Positions 15,688-26,037 are shown, numbered from the stretch's first letter. The stretch: DNA of 29,271 bases from Thermaerobacter marianensis (GCA_020723785.1 DYIH01000001.1:1-29271); one strand, 5' to 3'. Notes: generated by a model from the letters alone, not told the origin. Made by a program: numbers and translations.

Positions 15688-18092
15688 GGCAGGGCCTCCC
15701 TCCAAACGCTTTCCAAGTCGGCGGTGGACTCGTCCACCAAAGCGCGGCCGTTGACAGTGACGACCAGGCGATCGCCGCCCACCCGGCCCACACGTTCAAT
15801 GGGAACACCGTGTCCCCTGGCCAGATCGGCCAGGGCCGGCAGCTTTTCCTCGGGTAGGGAGACGACGACCCGCGACGGCGCCTCGCCGAAGAGCAGGGCG
15901 TCACACCGCCAGTCGGAGCCGCCACCGGCGGCCCCGAAGCCGCCGGAGCCGCCCGCGCCCGGCGGTCCCGCCGGGGCCGGCAGGTCGAGGACCGCACCCC
16001 GCGCCCCGTCCGCGGCGGCAAAGCAGCATTCGGCCAGGGTCACGGCCAGGCCGCCCTCGCTGCAGTCGTGGGCGGAGGCCAGCAGGCCCGCCTCGATGGC
16101 CGCCAGGAGCACCCGCTGCAGCCGCGCCTCCAGCTCCAGGTCGATGGCCGGCCGCCCGGCCACATGCCCGTGAACGACCCTGAGATATTCGGAGCCGGCC
16201 AGGGTCGCCGGGTCGGCGGTGAGGGGCCCGAGCACCGCCACCGCGTCGCCGGCGCGCTTGAACCCCGGTGTCATGCGCTTCTCCAGGTCCTCCAGCAGCC
16301 CGACCATGCCGATCACCGGCGTCGGATAAACGCCGCGCCCCATGGTTTCGTTGTAGAAGCTGACGTTGCCGCCGGTGACCGGGATGTCCAGGGCCAGGCA
16401 GGCCGCCCGCATCCCCTCGATGACCTGGCGGAACTGCCACATCACCTCGGGCCGTTCGGGGCTGGCGAAGTTGAGGCAGTTGGTCAGGCCGATGGGCCGG
16501 GCGCCGGCGCAGGCCACGTTGCGGGCCGCCTCGGCCACGGCCATGGCCGCCCCCGCGAACGGGTCCAGCCGGCAGAAGCGTCCGTTGCCGTCGGTGGCGA
16601 GGGCCACGCCCTTTCGCGTGCCCCGCACCCGCAGCACGGACGCGTCGCCCGCGCCGGGCACCAGAACCGTCGAGGTGCGCACCATGTGGTCGTACTGGCG
16701 GTAGGCCCAGGCCCTGCTGGCCACGTTGGGCGAGGCCAGGACGCGCCGGAGCGCCGCGCCGCAGTCCACGGCCGCCCCCGGCGCGACGCAGTCCATCATC
16801 GCCCCCGCCGCGCCGACGTCCGGCACCGTCGCGAAGTCGAAGGCCCACAGCTCGTCCAGGTCGGCGGGCCGGCGCTGGGGCCGGTCGTAGGCCGGCGCCG
16901 CATCGGCCAGCGTGCGGGCCGGCACGTCGGCCACCACGCGGTCGTTCTCCAGGACGCGCAGGCGGCCGTCGCCGGTGACGCGCCCGATGCGGGCCGCCTC
17001 CAGGCCCCACTTCTCGAAGACGGCCTCCACCTCGGCCTCCCGGCCCTGCCTGGCGATGACCAGCATCCGCTCCTGGGACTCGGAGAGCATGACCTCGTAC
17101 GGGGTCATCCCCTCCTCCCGGCGCGGCACCAGGGCCACGTCGATCTCGATGCCGTTCCCCGCCCGGCTGGCCGTCTCCGAACAGGACGAGGTCAGCCCGG
17201 CGGCACCCAGGTCGTTGACCCCCGCCACCGCGTCGCCCTGCATGAGCTCCAGGCAGGCCTCGATGAGCAGCTTCTCCATGAACGGATCGCCCACCTGGAC
17301 CGCGGGGCGCATCTCCTCGGCCGCCGCGGTGAACTCCTGGGAGGCCAGCAGGCTGGCCCCGTGGATGCCGTCCCGCCCCGTCTTGGCGCCGACCAGGAAC
17401 ACCGGGTTGCCCACCCCCTCGGCCCGTCCCCGCACGATCTTGTCCTTCGGGATCAGGCCGACGCACATCACGTTCACGAGGGGGTTCTCATTGTAACATT
17501 CCTCGAAATAGATCTCGCCGCCGACGGTGGGGACGCCGACGCAGTTACCATAATCGGAGATCCCCTTGACGACGCCGCCCACCAGGTAACGGTTGCGCGC
17601 CGCCCTGGCCTCGTCGGTGCCGGGGCTGTCGAGGCCGTCGGCCGCCACGGGGCTGAGGGTCCCCCGAGGGGCCGGCCCCGGCTCCAGCGGACCGAAGCGC
17701 AGCGAATCGAGCAGGGCAATGGGCCGGGCGCCCATGGTGAAGATGTCGCGCAGGATGCCGCCCACCCCGGTGGCCGCGCCCTGGTAGGGCTCGATGGCGC
17801 TGGGGTGGTTGTGGCTCTCCTCCCGCACCGCGATGGCCAGGCCGTCGCCGATGTCCAGGACGCCCGCGTTCTCCCCCGGCCCCACCAGCACCCGCGCCCC
17901 CTCGGTCGGCAGGCGCTTGAGGTGAACGCGGGAGCTCTTATAGCTGCAATGCTCCGACCACATCACGCCGTACAGGCCCAACTCCAGGTCGTTGGGCTCC
18001 CGGCCCAGGAGTTCGACGATGCGGCGGTATTCGTCCTCCGTGAGGCCCACCTGCTCCCAGCGGGGGGCGGTGGCGATTTGCGCCGTGCTCAC
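15663..18092 (-). CDS. purL: FGAM synthase subunit PurL (small type)
   Basis: [63 protein letters not shown]. Start uncertain (GTG 18092 chosen; ATG 18140 possible). Confidence 0.96.
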   Translation of the reverse strand: MSTAQIATAPRWEQVGLTEDEYRRIVELLGREPNDLELGLYGVMWSEHCSYKSSRVHLKRLPTEGARVLVGPGENAGVLDIGDGLAIAVREESHNHPSAIEPYQGAATGVGGILRDIFTMGARPIALLDSLRFGPLEPGPAPRGTLSPVAADGLDSPGTDEARAARNRYLVGGVVKGISDYGNCVGVPTVGGEIYFEECYNENPLVNVMCVGLIPKDKIVRGRAEGVGNPVFLVGAKTGRDGIHGASLLASQEFTAAAEEMRPAVQVGDPFMEKLLIEACLELMQGDAVAGVNDLGAAGLTSSCSETASRAGNGIEIDVALVPRREEGMTPYEVMLSESQERMLVIARQGREAEVEAVFEKWGLEAARIGRVTGDGRLRVLENDRVVADVPARTLADAAPAYDRPQRRPADLDELWAFDFATVPDVGAAGAMMDCVAPGAAVDCGAALRRVLASPNVASRAWAYRQYDHMVRTSTVLVPGAGDASVLRVRGTRKGVALATDGNGRFCRLDPFAGAAMAVAEAARNVACAGARPIGLTNCLNFASPERPEVMWQFRQVIEGMRAACLALDIPVTGGNVSFYNETMGRGVYPTPVIGMVGLLEDLEKRMTPGFKRAGDAVAVLGPLTADPATLAGSEYLRVVHGHVAGRPAIDLELEARLQRVLLAAIEAGLLASAHDCSEGGLAVTLAECCFAAADGARGAVLDLPAPAGPPGAGGSGGFGAAGGGSDWRCDALLFGEAPSRVVVSLPEEKLPALADLARGHGVPIERVGRVGGDRLVVTVNGRALVDESTADLESVWREALPCLMGARP

Positions 18093-18223
18093 GCTGCTCG
18101 TTCCCCTTCCGTGCGCGCCGGCCCTGTCCTGGTCGCGCATGGGTGGTGAAGTGCTCCACCACACATGAGCCAGCCACCCTGGACCGACCCCCGACGCTGA
18201 TCGAGAGGCCACAGTCCAATGTA

Positions 18224-18925
18224 TTATGTCAACGCTCCGGCCCCGGCGGCCAGCAGCGAATGGAACAGGCACAGTCCGTCGGCGCTGCCCAGCAATGCCT
18301 CCACCGCCCGCTCCGGGTGGGGCATCATGCCCAGCACGTTGCCCCGCTCGTTGCAGACGCCGGCGACGTTGCCCACCGAACCGTTCGGGTTGGCCTCCGG
18401 CTCCACCCGCCCGTCGGGGGTGCAGTAGCGGAAGACGATCTGGCCGCGGGCCTCCATCCGCGCCAGGGTGTCGGGGTCCACGTAGTAATTGCCGTCGCCG
18501 TGGGCGATGGGGATGGCCAGCACCCGGCCGGCGCCGCACTCGCGAGTGAAGGGGGTGCGATCGTTCTCCACGCGCAGGTGGACCATCTCGCAGTGGAACG
18601 TCAGGTCGTCGTTGCGGCGCAGGGCGCCGGGCAAGAGCCCGGCCTCGCAGAGGATCTGGAAGCCGTTGCAGATGCCCAGCACCAGCCCGCCGGCGGCGGC
18701 GAACTCGCCCACCGCCCGCATCACCGGCGAAAAGCGGGCGATGGCCCCCGGCCGCAGGTAATCGCCGTAGGAGAAGCCGCCGGGCAGGATGACGCAGTCG
18801 AACCTGCCGAGGTCCGCCGCACGGTGCCAGACGTACTCCGCGTCATGCCCAAGAACGTCCCGCACGGCGTGGTACGCGTCGACGTCGCAGTTGGAACCGG
18901 GGAAGACGAGGACCCCGAACCTCAT
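18224..18925 (-). CDS. purQ: FGAM synthase glutaminase subunit
   Basis: [36 protein letters not shown] overlaps the purS stop. Confidence 0.98.
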   Translation of the reverse strand: MRFGVLVFPGSNCDVDAYHAVRDVLGHDAEYVWHRAADLGRFDCVILPGGFSYGDYLRPGAIARFSPVMRAVGEFAAAGGLVLGICNGFQILCEAGLLPGALRRNDDLTFHCEMVHLRVENDRTPFTRECGAGRVLAIPIAHGDGNYYVDPDTLARMEARGQIVFRYCTPDGRVEPEANPNGSVGNVAGVCNERGNVLGMMPHPERAVEALLGSADGLCLFHSLLAAGAGALT

Positions 18926-19176
18926 GAGGCCGCCTCTTTCAGGTCGAACCGGTATTCCTCGATGACCGGGTTGGCCAGGAGGCGCCGGCACATCTCGTCC
19001 ACCTGCCGGGCCGCAGCGTCGCGGTCGGGGGCGTCCACCCGCACCTGCAGGTACTTGCCCACCCGCACGCCGGCCACGCCCTCGTACCCGAGGGCGGCCA
19101 GGGACCGCTGCACCGCCCCGCCCTGGGGATCCAGCACGCCCTTCTTCAGCGTCACGTGGATGTCAGCCTGCCACAT
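18922..19176 (-). CDS. purS: FGAM synthase subunit PurS
   Basis: [28 protein letters not shown]; 84 aa between purC and purQ. Confidence 0.97.
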   Translation of the reverse strand: MWQADIHVTLKKGVLDPQGGAVQRSLAALGYEGVAGVRVGKYLQVRVDAPDRDAAARQVDEMCRRLLANPVIEEYRFDLKEAAS

Positions 19177-19891
19177 CGTGCAACACCTCGCGCAGTCTGC
19201 GCAGAACCTCCTGGTAGGCCTCCTCCACGCCGCCCAGGTCTCGCCGGAAGCGGTCCTTGTCCAGCTTCTCGCCGGTCCGGGCGTCCCAGAAGCGGCAGGT
19301 GTCCGGCGAGATCTCGTCGCCCAGGACGACGCGGCCGGCCTCGTCCAAGCCGAACTCCAGCTTGAAGTCGATCAGTCGCAGGCCGGCCTTCTCCAGCAGG
19401 GCGGAAAGTTCCTCGTTGACCCGCCAGGCCAGGTCGGCCATCTCCCGCACCTGTTCCAGCGTGGCCAGTTCCAGGGCCTGGATGTGGTATTCGTTGATCA
19501 TCGGGTCGCCGAGGTCGTCGTCCTTGTAGTAGAACTCCAGGACGGGCCGCCGTAAGACGGTTCCCTCCTCCAGGCCGAGGCGCTTGGCCAGGCTGCCGGC
19601 GGCCACGTTGCGGACCACCACCTCGACGGGGATCATGCGCAGGCGGCGCACCACCATCTCCCGCTCGCCCACCGACTCCACATAATGGGTCGGTATGCCC
19701 CGCTCCTCAAGGTAGCGGAACAGCATTGCCGACACGTCGCGGTTGACCGGCCCCTTGTCGCCGATGGTGCCGCGCTTCTGGGCGTTGAAGGCCGTGGCAT
19801 CGTCTTTATATTCGACGAGATAGGCATCGGACCGGCCCGTGTCGAAAATGATCTTGGCCTTTCCCTCGTAGAGCTTCTCCTTCACCGGCAT
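19163..19891 (-). CDS. purC: SAICAR synthetase
   Basis: [52 protein letters not shown] 19891 is 8 nt after GGAGG. Confidence 0.98.
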   Translation of the reverse strand: MPVKEKLYEGKAKIIFDTGRSDAYLVEYKDDATAFNAQKRGTIGDKGPVNRDVSAMLFRYLEERGIPTHYVESVGEREMVVRRLRMIPVEVVVRNVAAGSLAKRLGLEEGTVLRRPVLEFYYKDDDLGDPMINEYHIQALELATLEQVREMADLAWRVNEELSALLEKAGLRLIDFKLEFGLDEAGRVVLGDEISPDTCRFWDARTGEKLDKDRFRRDLGGVEEAYQEVLRRLREVLHDVAG

Positions 19892-19932
19892 CGGCATTCC
19901 CTCCCCGGGTGTCCCGTCCGGGCGACCCAAAC

Positions 19933-21297
19933 CTAAATGCCCAGGCGGTCGAAGATGGTATCCACGTATTTCAGGTGGCGGCTGATGTCGAAGCAGCCGG
20001 CCAGCTCCTCGGGCGTCAGCAGCCGCCGCACCTCCGGGTCGGCGGCGATCAGCTCGCGAAAGGTCTTCGTCCGCCCGTGGCCGGCCGGCCCGGCCGCGCC
20101 GCCTGCCGCGCCCGTGGTCGCCCGCACCGCCCCGGGCCCGGCGGCGCCCCAGGCCTCCATGGCCGCCGTCTGCACGACGCGATAGGCATCCTCCCGGCTC
20201 ATGCCTTTTGCCACCAGGGCCAGCAGCACCCGCTGGGAGAAGATCAGGCCGCCCGTCAGCTCCAGGTTGGCCCGCATGTTCTCGGGATAGACGTGCAGGT
20301 CCTCGATGATGCCGGCCATCATCGCCAGCATGTAGTCCAGGACGATCGTGGCGTCGGGCAGGATGACCCGCTCCACCGACGAGTGGGAGATGTCCCGCTC
20401 GTGCCACAGGGCCTGGTTCTCGAAAGCGGACAGGGCGTAGCCGCGGATCAGGCGGGCCAGGCCACAGACGCGCTCGCACTTCTCCGGGTTGCGCTTGTGG
20501 GGCATCGACGACGAGCCCTTCTGTCTGGCGCGGAAGGGCTCCTCGACCTCGCGGGCCTCGGTCTTCTGCAGACCGCGGATCTCGGTGGCGAACTTCTCCA
20601 GCGAGCCGGCGACGACGGCCAGGTGGGCCATGAACTCGGCATGCCGGTCGCGTTGCAGCACTTGGTTGGAAACCGGCGCCGGGCTCAACCCCATTCTGCG
20701 GCAGACGTACTCCTCAACGAAGGGCTCCACGTTGGCGTACGTGCCGACGGAACCAGACAGCTTGCCGACGGCGATCACGTCGCGGGCACGACGCAACCGG
20801 TCGATGTTCCGCTGCATCTCGGCGTACCAGAGCGCCATCTTCAACCCGAACGTGATCGGCTCGGCGTGGACACCGTGAGTGCGGCCCATCTGGACGGTGT
20901 CCTTGTGGCGGCGGGCCTGTTCCTTCAACGCGGCGGCCAGCCGCCCCGCGCCGGCGATGAGCAGTTCGGCGGCCTCCTTGAGCAGGGCCGACTGGGCCGT
21001 GTCGACGACGTCGTTGGAGGTCAGGCCGTAGTGGACATAGCGGGCGGCCTCCCCCACCTGTTCCGAGACCGAGGTGGTGAAAGCCACCACGTCGTGGTGG
21101 ATCTCCGCCTCGATCTCCAGGATGCGCCGGACGTCGACCCGGGCCTTGGCGCGTATCTCCTCGACCGCCTCGCGGGGGACCACCCCCAGCTCGGCCCATG
21201 CCTCGCAGGCGTAGACCTCCACGTCCAGCCACTTGCGGTACTTGTTCTCCGGGCTCCAGACGCGGCCCATCTCCGGGCGGGTGTAGCGTTCGATCAC
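19933..21297 (-). CDS. purB: Adenylosuccinate lyase
   Basis: [21 protein letters not shown], signature [23 protein letters not shown] overlaps the purE stop. Confidence 0.98.
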   Translation of the reverse strand: MIERYTRPEMGRVWSPENKYRKWLDVEVYACEAWAELGVVPREAVEEIRAKARVDVRRILEIEAEIHHDVVAFTTSVSEQVGEAARYVHYGLTSNDVVDTAQSALLKEAAELLIAGAGRLAAALKEQARRHKDTVQMGRTHGVHAEPITFGLKMALWYAEMQRNIDRLRRARDVIAVGKLSGSVGTYANVEPFVEEYVCRRMGLSPAPVSNQVLQRDRHAEFMAHLAVVAGSLEKFATEIRGLQKTEAREVEEPFRARQKGSSSMPHKRNPEKCERVCGLARLIRGYALSAFENQALWHERDISHSSVERVILPDATIVLDYMLAMMAGIIEDLHVYPENMRANLELTGGLIFSQRVLLALVAKGMSREDAYRVVQTAAMEAWGAAGPGAVRATTGAAGGAAGPAGHGRTKTFRELIAADPEVRRLLTPEELAGCFDISRHLKYVDTIFDRLGI

Positions 21298-21902
21298 CGC
21301 GGCCCCACCTTTGTCCCGCCGGGCTTGTCGAGCATGGCGTTCGCCATGGCTCCACCCGCTCTATCCGGTGTGGCGCCCAGGTACCGATGGGCGCCCAGCT
21401 CCCGCAGGCGCGCATCCTTCTCGGCCACGGCCCGGGCCTGTTCGGCCTTGAACTCGGCGAACCGCCGCCGCAGCTCGGGGTCGGCCGCAGCCAGGACCTG
21501 GACCGCCAGCAGGGCGGCGTTGCGGGCGCCGTCGATGGCCACCGCGGCCACCGGCACGCCGGGCGGCATCTGGACGATGGCCAGCAGGGCGTCCATCCCG
21601 TCCAGGGTACGGCCCTTGATGGGCACGCCGATGACCGGGAGGGCCGTATGGGCGGCCACCAAGCCGGGCAAGTGGGCCGCCCCGCCGGCGGCGGCGATGA
21701 TCACCCGCAGTCCGCGCGCCTCCGCACCGCGCGCCCACTCGGCCAGCACGTCGGGGATGCGGTGAGCCGAGAGGATGCGCGCCTCGTAGGACACGCCGAA
21801 CTCGTCGAGGACGTCCAGGGCCAGCTTGACCACCGGCAGGTCGGAGTCGCTGCCCATGACGACACCCACGAGGGGCTGACCATTATTCTGCTTCACGGAC
21901 AT
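21294..21902 (-). CDS. purE: N5-CAIR mutase (class I-type PurE)
   Basis: [34 protein letters not shown]; low-complexity C-terminal extension. Confidence 0.97.
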   Translation of the reverse strand: MSVKQNNGQPLVGVVMGSDSDLPVVKLALDVLDEFGVSYEARILSAHRIPDVLAEWARGAEARGLRVIIAAAGGAAHLPGLVAAHTALPVIGVPIKGRTLDGMDALLAIVQMPPGVPVAAVAIDGARNAALLAVQVLAAADPELRRRFAEFKAEQARAVAEKDARLRELGAHRYLGATPDRAGGAMANAMLDKPGGTKVGPR

Positions 21903-21926
21903 GGAACGTCACCCTTCACGGTTCCC

Positions 21927-21935
21927 ATGATAGCA
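21927..21935 (-). promoter_or_regulatory. Extended -10 element (TGCTATCAT) upstream of purE
   Basis: TGn plus TATCAT 25 nt upstream of the ATG. Context CGTGCTATCATGG mirrors CGTGCTACAATGG upstream of uppP. Confidence 0.5.
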
Positions 21936-21960
21936 CGAAACGGTTACCATGGCGCATCCC

Positions 21961-22986
21961 TCACGATTCTTCCGTGAGATGCGCATCATCGATCAACGCC
22001 AGGCTCACCGACCAGATCAGGGGTCCCAGGAAGACCCCAAGAAAGCCGGCTGCCTCCAACCCCACGAGCATGGAGACGATGATCGCCAGGGGCGAGATTT
22101 CCGCGTGGTGGCCCCAGATCTCGGGCTCGATGTACCGCCGGAGGAGGCCGACGACGGTGAATATCGCCAGGACCGCGTAGCCCAGCGTCGCTTCGCCGCT
22201 GAGGAACAGGTAAGCAATCCAGGGGACGAAAAATACGGTCGCCCCGATCTTCGGGATCATCTCGCTGACGGCCGCCAGGCCGCTCAGGGTCAGGGCGTAG
22301 GGCGCGCCGAACCAGGCCAGCACCGCCACGGTGATTACGAAGGTGATCACCCCCAGGGCTCCCTGGGCCAGGAGGTAGCCGACGAAGGACCGGCGCGCCC
22401 GCACCACCGCCGCCTTTAGCCGCATCTGCCAGACCGGGGTGAACCCGCGGAGGAAACCCTCCCAGTAGTCGGGTAGGTTCTTGGCGAAGTAGTAGGCGAC
22501 GAGCAGAGCGACGAAGGCGCTGATGGCTGTCTCGGGCAAATGGGCAAGGAACTCCAACAATTTGTGGGCGGAGCCGGAGATGACGTTGACCGTTTCCTCC
22601 GCCACCCTGGTCCTTATCTCGCCGGCCCAGGGGGCCAGTTGCGGGGGGATCAGGTCCTGGATCAGGCGGGCAAAGGCCGGCCCGTCGAAGTTCCGGGCCA
22701 GGGCGGTGACCTCGGCCAGGAGCCGGTGACCCAGGTAGGCGACACCGCCGAGGAGGACGAGGAAGGCCAACCCCACGGACACCACCGCCGCAAGCCCGCG
22801 CGGCATGACCCGTTCCAGCCGGGCCGTCAGCGGCGTCACGGCCAGGGCTACCAGGAAGCCGAGGACGATCGGCGTCAGGGGAGCCAGGAGCACGCGAAAA
22901 AAAACCCACCAGACTAGGAGGATGGCCGCCAACAGGAAGGCCTTTTCCACAACATCCTTGCGCAATAACAACCCACCTCTAGCCAC
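21961..22986 (-). CDS. AI-2E family transporter (YtvI-like)
   Basis: Multi-TM protein with family-typical LTPIVLGFLVALAVTP, EMIPKIG, YIEPEIWG...ISPL and GFLGVFLGP. True start may be a TTG a few codons downstream. Confidence 0.85.
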   Translation of the reverse strand: MARGGLLLRKDVVEKAFLLAAILLVWWVFFRVLLAPLTPIVLGFLVALAVTPLTARLERVMPRGLAAVVSVGLAFLVLLGGVAYLGHRLLAEVTALARNFDGPAFARLIQDLIPPQLAPWAGEIRTRVAEETVNVISGSAHKLLEFLAHLPETAISAFVALLVAYYFAKNLPDYWEGFLRGFTPVWQMRLKAAVVRARRSFVGYLLAQGALGVITFVITVAVLAWFGAPYALTLSGLAAVSEMIPKIGATVFFVPWIAYLFLSGEATLGYAVLAIFTVVGLLRRYIEPEIWGHHAEISPLAIIVSMLVGLEAAGFLGVFLGPLIWSVSLALIDDAHLTEES

Positions 22987-23779
22987 GTGAGATGGCCAAC
23001 AGGATCACCAGGACCCCCAGGGCGAATCGGTACCAGGCAAAGACCCGGAAGCTGCCGTTCCGGAGGTAGCGCAACAGGAAGCCGATGCTCAGTATGCCCG
23101 ACACGGCCGCCGCCAGCACCCCGGCCCAGAACGACGCCGACGCCAGGTCGGCCGCGCTCAGGTTGCGGACCTGCAGGACGCCGGCGCCCAGAATGATCGG
23201 CATGGACATCAGGAACGAGAAGCGGGCCGCCGCCTCCCGCGCAAGCCCCCGCAGGAGGCCCGCCGTCATCGTGGCGCCGGAGCGGGACACGCCGGGCACG
23301 ATGGCCACGGCCTGGGAGAGGCCGATGACAAGGGCGGCCCCAATATCGATACCGTTGATGCCCAGCCCGCCACGGCCGCGCCTGGCATCCGCCCAGTAGA
23401 GCATCCAGCCCATCGCAATCAGGGCCAGGGCGATCAGCAGCGGCGAACGGAACACGGTGGCCGCCGCGTCCTCCAAGAGCAAGCCTGCCAGCGCCCCGGG
23501 CAGCGATGCCGCGACCAGATACCAGAAGAGGCGCCGCTGGTCCGGCCGTCCCCTCAGGAGGCCGTCGACCACCAGCGAGAGCCATTCTCGCCAGAAAAAA
23601 GCGAGCACAGCCATGAGCGTGCCCATGTGCAGGGCCACATTGAAGGTCAACCCTGGATCGGGCCATCCGAAGAACCAGGGCGTCAGGACCAGGTGGGCCG
23701 TGCTCGAGATGGGCAGGAACTCGCCCACCCCCTGCACGATGCCCAGCACCAGCGCCTGCCCCACCGTAAGCGTTGCCAT
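22979..23779 (-). CDS. uppP: Undecaprenyl-diphosphatase (BacA family)
   Basis: LGIVQGVGEFLPISSTAH, LHMGT, PGVSRSGAT, AARFSFL, FAWYR. Confidence 0.96.
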   Translation of the reverse strand: MATLTVGQALVLGIVQGVGEFLPISSTAHLVLTPWFFGWPDPGLTFNVALHMGTLMAVLAFFWREWLSLVVDGLLRGRPDQRRLFWYLVAASLPGALAGLLLEDAAATVFRSPLLIALALIAMGWMLYWADARRGRGGLGINGIDIGAALVIGLSQAVAIVPGVSRSGATMTAGLLRGLAREAAARFSFLMSMPIILGAGVLQVRNLSAADLASASFWAGVLAAAVSGILSIGFLLRYLRNGSFRVFAWYRFALGVLVILLAISRG

Positions 23780-23834
23780 GCGCCCCCCACCCCTCGTCCG
23801 TCCCGGTGTAACGTCCCACCGAGCAGGCACCCCG

Positions 23835-23864
23835 GCCATTGTAGCACGGGCCATTGTAGCACGG
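23835..23864 (-). repeat. Perfect 15-bp tandem duplication containing an extended -10 element (TGCTACAAT)
   Basis: gccattgtagcacgg occurs twice (23835-23849, 23850-23864); the reverse complement reads CCGTGCTACAATGGC, upstream of uppP. Confidence 0.85.
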
Positions 23865-23897
23865 CTACCGATTCCGCGCCAACCGGGTGAGTATGCC

Positions 23898-23926
23898 TTG
23901 ACTCCGACAGGTCGGCTGGTTATAAT
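23898..23926 (+). promoter_or_regulatory. Sigma-A promoter
   Basis: TTGACT-17 nt-TATAAT immediately upstream of the riboswitch. Confidence 0.9.
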
Positions 23927-23934
23927 AGCCCCAG

Positions 23935-24037
23935 TTCAAAGGGGAGTAGCTACCCGGCAGCCTCCGCCGGGGGACGGTTCCGTCAATACGGATTTTCCCG
24001 GACCGTCCGCTCTATCGAGAGTCAGCGAGACCTTTGC
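23935..24037 (+). ncRNA. yybP-ykoY (Mn2+-sensing) riboswitch aptamer
   Basis: CAAAGGGGAGTAGC ... CGTCAATAC ... GCGAGACCTTTG consensus blocks; P1 is CAAAGG/CCTTTG; lies upstream of a TerC gene. Confidence 0.92.
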
Positions 24038-24073
24038 GCCTACCAAGCAAATCATGGGGCGTAAAGGTTTTTT
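24030..24073 (+). terminator. Intrinsic terminator of the riboswitch expression platform
   Basis: ACCTTTGCGCC ... GGCGTAAAGGT stem followed by a T-run. The left arm includes the 3' strand of P1, giving an ON-switch arrangement. Confidence 0.85.
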
Positions 24074-24112
24074 GTTGCGCAAAACACGCCAACGTCAGGG
24101 GGGTAAAAGCTG

Positions 24113-24421
24113 ATGAAGTGTCCGATGTGCGACGCGGTGATGCGAGAGATCAACCGGCGTGGGGTCCACATCGACGTGTGCCCCGAATGCAAGGGGGTCT
24201 GGTTGGACCGGGGCGAGCTGGAAAAGATCATCGCGGCTTCCCGGGAGGACTTCGACGACTACGCGCCCCGGCAGCGTGACTATCCTTCTCCCGCCAGGGG
24301 CGGCGACCACCCGCAGCGCGAACCGTCCCACGACCACCATAAATACGACCACCATAAATACGGATATCACAAGCCCAAGAAAAAGCGCTTTTTTGAAGAG
24401 ATCTTCGAAATTTTCGATTAG
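24113..24421 (+). CDS. Small zinc-ribbon (zf-TFIIB-like) protein with His-rich tail
   Basis: MKCPMC ... IDVCPECKGVWLDRGELEKI; tail HDHHKYDHHKYGYHKPKKK includes a 15-bp duplication (24330-24359); purine-rich RBS. Confidence 0.88.
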   Translation: MKCPMCDAVMREINRRGVHIDVCPECKGVWLDRGELEKIIAASREDFDDYAPRQRDYPSPARGGDHPQREPSHDHHKYDHHKYGYHKPKKKRFFEEIFEIFD

Positions 24422-24444
24422 CCTACTGGAGGGACAAGTTCCCG

Positions 24445-25395
24445 TTGGAAACCGTGGGTTCCCCCTTTCTGTGGGTGGGGTTTACGCTTCTCGTACTCGT
24501 TCTTCTCGCCCTGGACCTGGGCGTGCTCAACCGCCAGAACGACATGGGACCCCGCCAGGCGTTACGGATGACCCTGTTTTGGATCAGCCTGGCGGTTCTA
24601 TTCAATGTCGTGATCTACTTCCTGTTCGGCACGGAAAAGGCTTTGGAATTCACCGCCGGCTACCTGGTCGAATACTCCCTCAGCGTCGACAACATCTTCG
24701 TCTTCCTGGTGGTCTTCTCTTACTTTGCCGTGCCCCATGCCCACCGGCGCCGCGTCCTCTTCTGGGGGATACTGGGCGCCATCACCATGCGCGCCGCCTT
24801 CATCCTGGCCGGCGCCACGCTGCTGAAGCAATTCCACTGGATGATCTTCGTCTTCGGCGGCTTCCTCATCCTGACCGGGGTCAAGTTGTTCCTCCAACGG
24901 GACGAGGAACCACATCCGGAACGCAACATCCTCTTCCGCCTCTTCCAGCGGTTCGTCCCGTCCGTTTCCGAGTATCACGGCGGCCATTTCCTCGTCCGAA
25001 TCGACGGCCGACGCTTCGCGACGCCGCTGCTGCTGGTCCTGGTGTGCATCGAGGCGACGGACGTCGTCTTCGCCATCGATTCCGTCCCGGCGATCTTTGC
25101 CATCACCAGGGATCCGTTCATCGTCTATACGTCCAACATCTTCGCCATCCTGGGCTTGCGGGCCCTCTACTTCCTCCTGGCCGACCTCATGGAACGGCTC
25201 CATTATCTGAAGGTCGGACTTAGCGCGGTGCTGGTCTTCGTCGGCGTCAAAATGGTTCTCGCCGACTGGTACAAGGTGCCCGTGGGGGCATCCCTGGCCA
25301 TAATCGCCGGCATCCTGGCGGTCACCGTCATCGCCTCGCTTCGGTGCTCGCCCGGAACGACCATGACCAAGCGTAGCAACAGGCCGCCCACGTAA
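24445..25395 (+). CDS. TerC/Alx family membrane protein (putative Mn2+ exporter)
   Basis: AGYLVEYSLSVDNIFVF, RVLFWGILGA, TDVVFAIDSVPAIFAIT, SNIFAILGLRALYF; downstream of the yybP-ykoY riboswitch. Confidence 0.95.
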   Translation: METVGSPFLWVGFTLLVLVLLALDLGVLNRQNDMGPRQALRMTLFWISLAVLFNVVIYFLFGTEKALEFTAGYLVEYSLSVDNIFVFLVVFSYFAVPHAHRRRVLFWGILGAITMRAAFILAGATLLKQFHWMIFVFGGFLILTGVKLFLQRDEEPHPERNILFRLFQRFVPSVSEYHGGHFLVRIDGRRFATPLLLVLVCIEATDVVFAIDSVPAIFAITRDPFIVYTSNIFAILGLRALYFLLADLMERLHYLKVGLSAVLVFVGVKMVLADWYKVPVGASLAIIAGILAVTVIASLRCSPGTTMTKRSNRPPT

Positions 25396-25512
25396 CAACA
25401 CCGCATTTACCAAGTTCAGCGTCCGTGGCGACAGCTGGCGGTGGGAAGGCCGGTGCCACGGTCGGTGCGGTGGCCGGGATGGCGGCGGTGCCGGCGGTTG
25501 TCGCCGGAGTGC

Positions 25513-26037
25513 TCAATGGCCCCGGAAGCAGTCAGGATCCATGTGCCGCGGCCCCTGGCAATTCAGCTCGGCCGGCCCCCATAGGCTTTTGATGTATTCC
25601 ACCACGTCCCGAATCTGCTCCCGCGTCAGATCCGTCTTCCAGGCCTTCATCCTTGGGTTCCGCGGGGAACCGTCGGCGATGAAGTTGGCGAGGTCCTCGT
25701 CCGTGTGGTGCCAGGCGTGCGCCGAACCATCCAGGGGCGGCGCCGGGAATCGCCCCTGTTCATCCGGGGCAACGGGGTTGGCCGGGTTTTCGCCGACGCC
25801 GTCCCGACCGTGGCAGCCGGCGCACCTGGCCTCGTAGATCACCTTGCCCCTGGCGACCCGGGCGTCGTCCAGCCTGATCGGCGGCTGCTCCGCCGCCGGG
25901 GGCGTCCCGCGCTCCGAGGCAGCGGGCGCAGCTTTTCCGCAACCGGTGACCAGCATCAGGACGGCGCCGAGCACAACCACGACACCCAAGGCTAAAGGGA
26001 TCATACCCGCTTTGCCATGCCGGCCTTTTCCCGACAC
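25513..26037 (-). CDS. Lipoprotein monoheme cytochrome c
   Basis: Lipobox LVTGC, CAGCH, PPLDGSAHAWHH, RMKAW. Start set at GTG 26037 after GGAGG (ATG 26004 alternative). Confidence 0.85.
   Translation of the reverse strand: MSGKGRHGKAGMIPLALGVVVVLGAVLMLVTGCGKAAPAASERGTPPAAEQPPIRLDDARVARGKVIYEARCAGCHGRDGVGENPANPVAPDEQGRFPAPPLDGSAHAWHHTDEDLANFIADGSPRNPRMKAWKTDLTREQIRDVVEYIKSLWGPAELNCQGPRHMDPDCFRGH

Noticed and set aside
18227-18232. TTGACA at the end of purQ as an internal -35
   Set aside because: No -10 element at a 16-18 nt spacing; the hexamer is simply the last two sense codons.
21903-21960. Purine riboswitch or PurR box upstream of purE
   Set aside because: The 58-nt gap is too short for a purine aptamer plus terminator, and the CACGAA-containing stretch is too weak a PurBox match.
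25328-25516. Pro/Thr/Ala-rich 62-codon ORF overlapping the cytochrome c stop, a possible truncated gene
   Set aside because: TTG start, no good RBS, runs antisense into terC, and has no recognisable domain.
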